Source: a virus (Duplodnaviria; Caudoviricetes). Taken from it: DNA of 64,000 bases. Position 1 is the stretch's first letter. Each line of letters starts with the position of its first letter. The stretch covers positions 32,001 through 96,000 of IMG/VR virus record IMGVR_UViG_3300009185_000001; one strand, written 5' to 3'. This document shows positions 7,988-15,724 of this stretch, one piece after another. A model generated the notes under the pieces. The model was given only the letters and a program-made list of their open reading frames with translations, ran no database searches and was not told the origin of the DNA. The translations under genes and the position numbers were made by a program.

Positions 7988-9721
7988 TTAAAAAGATACG
8001 CTGCCATTAAGAGTGCTTGCTTTCAAATAATTCATCACTTGTAGTCTTTCATAATCTGTATGGATTGCTTTGTAAACTAAAACGTGATATATAGTTGTAT
8101 CTGCAAGAGTTTGTGTGGCAGACGAAAATAGTCTTCCTCCTAATGTAAAGGAGTTTGGTTGATTCGTGTTATTTAACCCTGTTCCAATACCAGTTGCTGC
8201 ATACGATTGTATTGTTTCACCACCATATTGTTTTTTATAGACATTTCCATTACCATTATTGAAATTAGCACTAACGATAATTGGTAAATTGTCGCGATTA
8301 GATGTCTCAATATCAGTCACTCTTGATGTTCCGTTAGATATTCTAAATGCACCAATGTTGTTGATGCCAAAAGAGAATCTGTGAGTTGTCGGAGTCGTAA
8401 AATTTCCAAATCTTACTATAGGAGTTTCTGTTCCAGATGTTATAAAGAAATTCTTACCAACAATATAATAGGTCAGAGGGCCATTAATATTAAGAAATTC
8501 ATTGCTAAATACAGATAACTCTCCCATGGCTTTATTATTAAAATACAAACCTTTGTCAGCAAGAACTGCAGGTTGAAGGCTAAGAGTACTTTGTGGCAAG
8601 AATTTGTTGCCATATCTACTGCTCCAAACCCTAACTCCATCTCCTTCAACTGCTGGTGTATAGTTGGTATCTTTATATACGCCCGTTCTGTAATCCCAGT
8701 GAGCAATAAGATCAGTTAAATCTTCAGGCGAGAATGGTCTAGAAGAATCAATTACTTGGAATTCATAAAAGTTGTCTTCTCCGTTGATAGTCGCTCTGTT
8801 GTCCAGAGCTAACTTAAGAGTTTCACTTCCTTCTGTCAATACGTCATTAGCAAGAGTAATTGATGTTGTTGCTGTGTTATTGTTAACAGTAAAGTTTCCG
8901 GTTACTAAACCAGAAGAAAGATCTTCTTGAGTTATTCCGGTAATTGTATAAGGAACGAGAGTGCCGTTTGATACGTTGGTTGTATTCAATGTAAATGTTA
9001 CTGTTGTTCCTTCGTTAATATTGCCATTATTGTCGGCTGTTACAGCATAAGTTGGAGTTCTTGATGTATCATTGACGGTTACAGCCACAGAACCGACAGA
9101 AGTGCTTAAGGTAGCAGTTTCGGTTCCTTCTGTAAGAACGTCATTTGCAAGAGTAATAGAAGTGCTTGCAGAACCATTAGAAACAGTGAAAGATCCTGTC
9201 AAAGAACCAGAGCTTAAATCACCAGAAGAGATACCAGAGATTACGTAAGGAACAGAAGTTCCATTAGCAACATTTGCAGTGCTTAAGGTAAATGTAACAG
9301 AAGATCCTTCATTAACTGAAGCAGAGCTAGAAGTTAATGAGTAAAGTGGAGTCTTAGAAGTATCATTAACAGTTACAGAATCAAAATCTGCTACGTTATC
9401 AAGTGTTAATGTGGCTGTTTCAGCACCTTCTGTTAATTGATCAGCAGTTGCTGTAATAGTAACTGTTGCGGTGTTGTTATTAATCGTGAAGTTACCTGTT
9501 AATGTTCCGCTTGTTATATCAGCAGCAGAAATGCCAGTGATTGTATAAGGGACCTCTGTTCCGTTTGCTACGTTGGTTGTTGTGAGAGTAAAAGTAACAG
9601 AAGCTCCTTCGTCTACAGAACTTACGCTTTTTTCGATAGAATAAGTTGGTTCTGGTTCTGATAAATCAAAGAAAGCTTTGCCTTGAATTTTAGTGTTTCC
9701 AAATAGTTTAATGTTTGCCAT
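7988..9721 (-). CDS. Putative virion adhesin/decoration protein: three Ig/Calx-beta-like repeats plus C-terminal lectin(LamG)-like domain
   Basis: Three ~100 aa repeats (VxEGxxVTFTLxTxNVxNGTxVPYxIxGI...LTEGxET); C-terminal beta-rich domain starting LIAHWD. Confidence 0.65.
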   Translation of the reverse strand: MANIKLFGNTKIQGKAFFDLSEPEPTYSIEKSVSSVDEGASVTFTLTTTNVANGTEVPYTITGISAADITSGTLTGNFTINNNTATVTITATADQLTEGAETATLTLDNVADFDSVTVNDTSKTPLYSLTSSSASVNEGSSVTFTLSTANVANGTSVPYVISGISSGDLSSGSLTGSFTVSNGSASTSITLANDVLTEGTETATLSTSVGSVAVTVNDTSRTPTYAVTADNNGNINEGTTVTFTLNTTNVSNGTLVPYTITGITQEDLSSGLVTGNFTVNNNTATTSITLANDVLTEGSETLKLALDNRATINGEDNFYEFQVIDSSRPFSPEDLTDLIAHWDYRTGVYKDTNYTPAVEGDGVRVWSSRYGNKFLPQSTLSLQPAVLADKGLYFNNKAMGELSVFSNEFLNINGPLTYYIVGKNFFITSGTETPIVRFGNFTTPTTHRFSFGINNIGAFRISNGTSRVTDIETSNRDNLPIIVSANFNNGNGNVYKKQYGGETIQSYAATGIGTGLNNTNQPNSFTLGGRLFSSATQTLADTTIYHVLVYKAIHTDYERLQVMNYLKASTLNGSVSF

Positions 9722-9801
9722 AATATTTTAAAAATTGTTTCTTTTGTTTGTGTACTTTATGTACACGATTACTTATTCTTTTTGAGAGTCTTTTTTTCAG
9801 A

Positions 9802-10188
9802 TTATTTTAAAAATTCTGCGAAATAAACGTCTCTGTCCTCAAATCTAACTCTAACTGCTTCCTTTGCAATCTGTAGAGGATTGTCTTTAAATGCGCGAAC
9901 TCTATAACTGCCCCAAAAATCATAAGTCCAGAGTTTATTTTGTCCTTTTGGGTACATATATACCACAATTGCATGACCATTTTGTTTTAGAGTCTTTTTG
10001 TCAATCCATTCATACCTAAGAACTTCGGACCAAACATCATATTTTTGCAAGCCTTCTCTGAAAGCAATTGCTGTGGGAAGACAGGCATTTTTTTGATTTG
10101 CCATCCAAGATTCTGAATTTGTTGGTGTTGTGGAGCAGGACATCAAGCTGGCTCCAATTAATGCTAACAGTGTATTTTGTATTTTCAT
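9802..10188 (-). CDS. Putative lipoprotein with transglutaminase/papain-like Cys-His-Asp pattern
   Basis: Signal with lipobox LMS-C; NACLPTA, GHAIVVY, WTYD. Confidence 0.5.
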   Translation of the reverse strand: MKIQNTLLALIGASLMSCSTTPTNSESWMANQKNACLPTAIAFREGLQKYDVWSEVLRYEWIDKKTLKQNGHAIVVYMYPKGQNKLWTYDFWGSYRVRAFKDNPLQIAKEAVRVRFEDRDVYFAEFLK

Positions 10189-10197
10189 ATTAATTAT

Positions 10198-10410
10198 TTA
10201 TCTTAATATAATGATCGCTTTGGTTTTTAGTAATTCTGCTTCCCTGCAATCGTCGTATTCTCCATAATACCATGCTCTTTTAAATGGACCACATACTTCC
10301 ATTTGTTTTGTTCCTGTGGGTATGGCATAACCGTCTTCATATCCATTTACTAAGATGAGTGTTTCGGGATCTAGTTTTTGCAATATTTCAATTAGTTCTT
10401 TGGCTTTCAT
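10198..10410 (-). CDS. Hypothetical protein
   Basis: 70 aa; MKAKELIEILQKLDPE pattern common in small phage proteins. Confidence 0.65.
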   Translation of the reverse strand: MKAKELIEILQKLDPETLILVNGYEDGYAIPTGTKQMEVCGPFKRAWYYGEYDDCREAELLKTKAIIILR

Positions 10411-11485
10411 AATTTTGATTTATAAGTTTCGTCCACTGTTCTTTTGTTATTATTTTACCATCTAAAACAGAAAATACAAATGAAGAATTTTCTTTAAAAT
10501 TTCTTTTGATCATTAATGCCTGTTCTTTTCTGGTTTCGACTGTTCTTATATCATGCACTACTTCTAGGATATGGTCAATATATTTTTTTGATTTTTCTCC
10601 TGCTTCGCAAATTTTTTCTAGTTCATGTCTTAGTTGAACTGCGATTTCATAGTCAAATTCAGTTTCGATTGTCTCGTAAAAGTCTTCATAAGGAGGCATT
10701 TCTTTTTCTATATAATAATCAATAAGGTTCTTGGTAGAACTAAGTTGTGATTTAACACGATGTATAAAAAGATACCAATCCGACTTTAATTTGATTCTAT
10801 TTTGTCCATTATTATACGAAACAACAATACCCTCTTTACCTTTCCAAAATTTTATACTTTCAGCAATTTTGGAAAGATCATTAGTATCTAAAAAATTATA
10901 AAGTTGAGGTATAGGAATTGGTCCAATCTTTCTCCATATTTCTAATAAATCAGAAGAAGAAACAATTTCCATACTATTTTTATTGATCGCACCCAAGAGA
11001 TAAAATTCTATCTGTGGTGATCTAATAACTATTACATTATTAGGAGTTACGATCTCAAACAATAAACTAAGATGTTGATTTTCTTTTAAGAACTCGACTA
11101 TAGTTGGATACTTTTGAGTTAGTAATTCAAAATCCTTTGCGTTTTTTTGAGTAACATAACTTACTGTTCCCCTAGTTCTCATAGAAAATTGATCATTTAC
11201 AAAATCAGCGATTAAAAGGGAACCATCCTTTTTCTCTTCATATTTCCAATCATTGTATTGTTCGGGATTTGGATAACAATCTGGTTTCTCTCCATAGTTA
11301 AAAAACTTAGGCCAACCAGAAGACAATACATTTCCTTCTCTATCAACAATTAAAGATCTATAAAAAAGGTTATTTTTATTCCATTTCGCATCAATTTCCG
11401 GTGTTATCAGCCAGCAATACAATCCGCAGAATTCATCTGGAGTGATATTAAAACACCCTTCTTCTATAGGAAGACTAACTTTCAT
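10388..11485 (-). CDS. T4 Rnl1-like RNA ligase
   Basis: GWPKFFNYGE, motif I EEKKDGSL, LLFEI, KEGIVV, RIKLKSDWY. Confidence 0.85.
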   Translation of the reverse strand: MKVSLPIEEGCFNITPDEFCGLYCWLITPEIDAKWNKNNLFYRSLIVDREGNVLSSGWPKFFNYGEKPDCYPNPEQYNDWKYEEKKDGSLLIADFVNDQFSMRTRGTVSYVTQKNAKDFELLTQKYPTIVEFLKENQHLSLLFEIVTPNNVIVIRSPQIEFYLLGAINKNSMEIVSSSDLLEIWRKIGPIPIPQLYNFLDTNDLSKIAESIKFWKGKEGIVVSYNNGQNRIKLKSDWYLFIHRVKSQLSSTKNLIDYYIEKEMPPYEDFYETIETEFDYEIAVQLRHELEKICEAGEKSKKYIDHILEVVHDIRTVETRKEQALMIKRNFKENSSFVFSVLDGKIITKEQWTKLINQNYESQRTN

Positions 11486-11494
11486 CTAATAATA

Positions 11495-11584
11495 CTATTT
11501 TAAAACAACCATCAACCAGTAATACAGTATTGATGCTAGAAGAAATGTTATTGCTGCTAAAATGTTTTTTGTTCTATTTTTCAT
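11495..11584 (-). CDS. Small membrane peptide (29 aa, MKNRTKNILAAITFLLASILYYWLMVVLK)
   Basis: Manually found; fills the gap between 11574 ORF and the ligase; basic N-terminus plus TM helix. Confidence 0.5.
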   Translation of the reverse strand: MKNRTKNILAAITFLLASILYYWLMVVLK

Positions 11585-11807
11585 TTCTTCGATAATTTCT
11601 CCAATTAGTCCTATGTTTTAAAATCCAATCAATTAAAGCAGTACTATAACCAATATCATAGCCTTTCTTTTCACTCTCTAACCATTTGTGTTTCATTACC
11701 TCTTCCTTTTCTTCTACGAATTCCCTATAAATCGAGGAATTATAAAAAGAAAATTCAGCAGCTACGACTGTTTCTTTCACTATACTACTTATCTTTTTAA
11801 AAATCAT
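11574..11807 (-). CDS. DUF4032-like small protein
   Basis: SIYREFVEEKEEVMKHKWLESEKKGYDIG...ALIDWILKH matches the DUF4032 pattern as recalled. Confidence 0.7.
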   Translation of the reverse strand: MIFKKISSIVKETVVAAEFSFYNSSIYREFVEEKEEVMKHKWLESEKKGYDIGYSTALIDWILKHRTNWRNYRRNEK

Positions 11808-12504
11808 AACTCATTGTCCACCAAATTTCGTTAATATCTAACAATTTATGTACACATCCATTTACTCTTTCGGTCCAAGAACTATGAAAGTGTCCATATA
11901 GATGAAGTCTTGGTTTACATAGCTTAGAAATTTCATCCATTACTGCTCTTTCGTCTGTGAGGTCTTCTAGTAAATAAGCATCCTCGTTTGCCCAGCCATA
12001 GACCGTTTCATTAAACTGTTGCGGAAAGCACCAAGAAGGAGCAGTATGAGTTACGAGAATATCTACTTCTTTGCATTTTTCCCCATCAAATTTAACTATT
12101 TCATCTTCCCAATAAGAGCGTCCTTCGGTTCTAGATGTTCTATCAATAGAAACAGCACCACCAATGAATTGAAATTTTTTGCCATTATATTCCATTATGG
12201 TATAATCTTCAATTAGTTCAAAATTACTTAAAGAAACTCTGTTAAGTCCTTGAAAATAAGATGGGTCTGAATGATTTCCTCTTATGCTTTTGTATTCTAT
12301 ATTGTATTTTTTAAAACGATTATTTAAAAGTTCAAACTGCCTCAATTGTTTGTCTTTTGAAATGAATCCCTCTCCACCATCTCCAACACAAATAATATAA
12401 CAATTTTCTATTTCTTTAGTTTTTATAATATCAAAAACAAAATCCCACTCCCCATGATGATCTCCTAAAAATAATAAAGGAATATTTTTGTTTAGTGTTT
12501 TCAT
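11797..12504 (-). CDS. Calcineurin-like metallophosphoesterase
   Basis: GDHHG, VGDGG, RGNH, GGAVSID, THTAP, GHFH motifs. Confidence 0.85.
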   Translation of the reverse strand: MKTLNKNIPLLFLGDHHGEWDFVFDIIKTKEIENCYIICVGDGGEGFISKDKQLRQFELLNNRFKKYNIEYKSIRGNHSDPSYFQGLNRVSLSNFELIEDYTIMEYNGKKFQFIGGAVSIDRTSRTEGRSYWEDEIVKFDGEKCKEVDILVTHTAPSWCFPQQFNETVYGWANEDAYLLEDLTDERAVMDEISKLCKPRLHLYGHFHSSWTERVNGCVHKLLDINEIWWTMSYDF

Positions 12505-12505
12505 A

Positions 12506-12793
12506 TTACCATCCATTTTCTTCGTTTTCTTTTTGAGATTTTTTCTCTTCTTCTATTTTTTCTTTTAAGGTGTCTTTTAAAACAATTAATGCTTCTTCAT
12601 AAGAAGAACATTCTATTTCCTCAAAATCGTGTAAAATGTAACCTTGATGTTGCACACTATATTTTGGAGGTTGGCCATAACTCCATTTGGTTTCTATATA
12701 CCAATGAAAATCTCTATCTTTACAATGTCCTTTCCCACCCAAAGACCTCCAATCATTGGTTAATTTTGTGATTTCTTCAATAATATTTTCCAT
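12506..12793 (-). CDS. Hypothetical protein
   Basis: 95 aa ORF. Confidence 0.6.
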   Translation of the reverse strand: MENIIEEITKLTNDWRSLGGKGHCKDRDFHWYIETKWSYGQPPKYSVQHQGYILHDFEEIECSSYEEALIVLKDTLKEKIEEEKKSQKENEENGW

Positions 12794-12795
12794 AA

Positions 12796-13443
12796 TTAAT
12801 TTGTTTTATAAGGTTCTGTAATTACAACATAGTAAGTTCCTGCAACTTCTTTTACACTAGAACTAGAACCTTTTGGTAAAGTATTCTTAAATGCCTTATC
12901 TACTAGATCCCAAACCAAAGTAAAGTCTTTATCTTTCATTGCTTTATCTACCCGATTTTGATACCCTTGTGGAATTCTAAATTCTTTTTGTGGTTTCCAA
13001 TATGCAAATTCCGACAACATACGAGAAGGTTCTATGATTTTTGGCATAGGGACTTCGGAACTTTGAAATGCTCCAGCACCGGAAACATCACAAATTTGTC
13101 TGTATCCATCATTCCTTTGGTAATGTAAATACTGATCAATTGTCTTTTTAATTTCCCATGCTACAGTGCCATCTTTCATTTTTTCGCAACCAATACCATA
13201 ATAACAATTGCGATTTTTCATTAGTTCTTCTTCTCTATAGAAAACAATAGTTCTTACCATGCTTTCAAGAACTTCTCCATCTTGATATGTTAGATCCTTA
13301 TCCCAAAATGCAGTATCCATTGCCATTTTAATTTGACCAGAACGGAGACGAGAATAAACTTCTAATGCTGTTGCGATAGTACCAAGATGCTTTTCATCAA
13401 ATTCTATTGCTACTTTTTTAGATGGTTTGGTTTTCTTTTTCAT
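12796..13443 (-). CDS. Hypothetical protein
   Basis: Start re-placed at MKKKTK (13443) to avoid overlap with upstream ORF. Confidence 0.65.
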   Translation of the reverse strand: MKKKTKPSKKVAIEFDEKHLGTIATALEVYSRLRSGQIKMAMDTAFWDKDLTYQDGEVLESMVRTIVFYREEELMKNRNCYYGIGCEKMKDGTVAWEIKKTIDQYLHYQRNDGYRQICDVSGAGAFQSSEVPMPKIIEPSRMLSEFAYWKPQKEFRIPQGYQNRVDKAMKDKDFTLVWDLVDKAFKNTLPKGSSSSVKEVAGTYYVVITEPYKTN

Positions 13444-13444
13444 T

Positions 13445-13798
13445 TTAGTTATCGTTACTGCTACAACTAACATCAAATCCGCCAGTCCTACGATATGCTG
13501 GATTTTCTTCTCCCAATTCAAACCAATTATTAGAACCTTGTTCAGCAGAGTTTCCAAATTCTGTCCATGACAAATTTTCTCCAAGTTTCTTTAACTCTTC
13601 TTGAACCTCAAAATCCAACTCATCGGATGGTTCATTATATTGAAGATTTAAATCTTCAATATATTTCAAAAACTCTTCTTGACTATCTCCGGTATATGGA
13701 TTTTCTTCTAACTCTCGAAAATCATTTGGGTCTAATTCAACGATTTCGCTTGTCATATATACTTCCATGTTTTCTCGTTTGCGGATTTTGTATGTCAT
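13445..13798 (-). CDS. Acidic hypothetical protein
   Basis: 117 aa ORF downstream of promoter. Confidence 0.6.
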   Translation of the reverse strand: MTYKIRKRENMEVYMTSEIVELDPNDFRELEENPYTGDSQEEFLKYIEDLNLQYNEPSDELDFEVQEELKKLGENLSWTEFGNSAEQGSNNWFELGEENPAYRRTGGFDVSCSSNDN

Positions 13799-13808
13799 AA
13801 TTTTTTAT

Positions 13809-13837
13809 ATAGTAGTGTAAAAATAATAAAATGTCAA
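13809..13837 (-). promoter_or_regulatory. Sigma70-like early promoter
   Basis: TTGACA-17nt-TACTAT. Confidence 0.65.
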
Positions 13838-13840
13838 CAA

Positions 13841-14188
13841 TTATTTGTAGTATGAATCTTGTCCAAAATTTTCATCCAGATCAACTCTATCTTTTAGCCA
13901 TGCTTTTAATGCCCAATGATAATATGTATAATTTGGATCGCCCTCATAATGAAAGAAAGCATGGCCAAGATCATATTGAATCTGCATTAGAATTTTATTT
14001 TTAATTCCTTTTGGTTCTCTACTTTCCAGAATCCAAGAATCCAAAAATACTTTACAATCCATTCCAAAATCCCATTCAAAATATGCTAGATGATTATGAC
14101 GATCTACATGATATAGATCAATATATGCGGGTTCTTTAAACGTAATCAAACCAAGTTCATATATCGATTTTGGTAATTTAATTTTCAT
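13841..14188 (-). CDS. Hypothetical protein
   Basis: 115 aa ORF. Confidence 0.6.
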   Translation of the reverse strand: MKIKLPKSIYELGLITFKEPAYIDLYHVDRHNHLAYFEWDFGMDCKVFLDSWILESREPKGIKNKILMQIQYDLGHAFFHYEGDPNYTYYHWALKAWLKDRVDLDENFGQDSYYK

Positions 14189-14378
14189 TTGATGATATGT
14201 CGAAAGTTCCGTTTTTATGTATTTTTAATTGATCAGATCTAAAATGAAGTATACCTCCACCCTTCTCTAATGCAACGGTCCAAATATCATTTTCAAAGGT
14301 TCCTCCATTTGAAACATATATAGCATAACCATCACCTAATGGCGTTATGACAGGAATTGGGTTTTTAAATTCTAACAT
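14178..14378 (-). CDS. Conserved phage hypothetical protein
   Basis: 66 aa; NPIPVITPLGDGYAIY pattern. Confidence 0.6.
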   Translation of the reverse strand: MLEFKNPIPVITPLGDGYAIYVSNGGTFENDIWTVALEKGGGILHFRSDQLKIHKNGTFDISSNEN

Positions 14379-14626
14379 TCTAAAAATATTGGTGTGTTTT
14401 CTCCGACATATGCACCTTCCACATTAAAAGAAAAATACTCTTCTGCTTCTTCTTCAGACATTCCTTCTTTTGTTAAAATTTCGATACATTTTAATTTATT
14501 ATAAACGGCCATTGGTTTACCAAATTGTCTACCAATACCAACAAATGCATCTTCAAATCCATCTGCCAATAACACTGTTTCATCATCATATAAACAGTTT
14601 TCCAACGTTTCTTGTATGTTTTTCAT
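14372..14626 (-). CDS. Conserved phage hypothetical protein
   Basis: ADGFEDAFVG...EEAEEYFSFNVEGAYVGENTP, a pattern common in aquatic phages. Confidence 0.75.
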   Translation of the reverse strand: MKNIQETLENCLYDDETVLLADGFEDAFVGIGRQFGKPMAVYNKLKCIEILTKEGMSEEEAEEYFSFNVEGAYVGENTPIFLEC

Positions 14627-14630
14627 TTTA

Positions 14631-15719
14631 TTATTTTATTGTTTTTTTCCAAATCCAAACAGGTTCTACGAATATACCGGATCTGTCCGAATTACTTCCC
14701 ATTCGTTTTGCCATTCTATAATTTATATTTTCTGATTTTGTAGAATTTGGCAAAGTAGATATAAAATCATTCATAGGATCGCATATTTTGTTTATTGTAT
14801 GGTTGCAATATACATCACTTATGTTTATTGCTAAATGACCATCAGATTTTAATAATCTCCAAGAATTTTCAATCACCGGAAATAAGAAATTTGATAACCA
14901 TTTATCTATTTTTTTATACCTTTGCCACGATTGATTATCTTCTTTTGAATATCTTTCTATAATAAAGTACGGTGGACTTGTGAATATGAAATCAAATTCT
15001 GATTGATTGTAAGAGGGTAAAAAATCTTCAGCAGGAAAACAATTCATTTCAATACTTTTATCAGAATTGAAAAGATTCATTTGTTGATTATAGGAATCAT
15101 ACAAATTATCATTTGGATCAATTCCTACGTATGTTTTAACTGTTTGTGATGCCATTGCACCATTAAGTCTATCTCCCCATCCTGAACTAAAATCCAATAC
15201 GCTTTCAGCATTAAAATGATCGTATAATGCTTTAGCTGCCGATGGACGAAACTGACTTGCAATATATTTTCTCATTGCTATACAGGTTCTCAATGTATCG
15301 GAAGTGACTTCTTTAACTTTTAATGTCCACAAAGCATTTAAAAGAGTCATGAAAAACTTCTCTGTATGCCATGTTCTATATGGTGATGGAGAATTTATAG
15401 AATCACATTTAAATCTTAGATCCTGATGGAAAAAATTTGATGATTTGTTTCCTATATTACATGAATCTATATATTTTGTACCCAATTCCCACTTATATTC
15501 ATATCTACTGAATAGGTCTCCCTCTTTTATAAGAGGGAGTGTATTTAGATTTTTAAGCGATTGAAAGTCTGTCTCTGCCTCCGTTTGTGTAATTTCAACC
15601 AAAGGAACATCATAATTTCTAGTCCTTTTCCATATCTCTTCTTTTATAGAAACATCAAATTTTGGACGATTTTTTATAATATCTGACCATTCTGATTGAT
15701 TGTATATTGTAAACATCAA
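14631..15719 (-). CDS. Orphan DNA amino-methyltransferase (N4-C/N6-A type)
   Basis: SAM-binding VLDFSSGWGDRL followed by catalytic FTSPPYF. Confidence 0.75.
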   Translation of the reverse strand: MMFTIYNQSEWSDIIKNRPKFDVSIKEEIWKRTRNYDVPLVEITQTEAETDFQSLKNLNTLPLIKEGDLFSRYEYKWELGTKYIDSCNIGNKSSNFFHQDLRFKCDSINSPSPYRTWHTEKFFMTLLNALWTLKVKEVTSDTLRTCIAMRKYIASQFRPSAAKALYDHFNAESVLDFSSGWGDRLNGAMASQTVKTYVGIDPNDNLYDSYNQQMNLFNSDKSIEMNCFPAEDFLPSYNQSEFDFIFTSPPYFIIERYSKEDNQSWQRYKKIDKWLSNFLFPVIENSWRLLKSDGHLAINISDVYCNHTINKICDPMNDFISTLPNSTKSENINYRMAKRMGSNSDRSGIFVEPVWIWKKTIK

Positions 15720-15724
15720 TCCTA

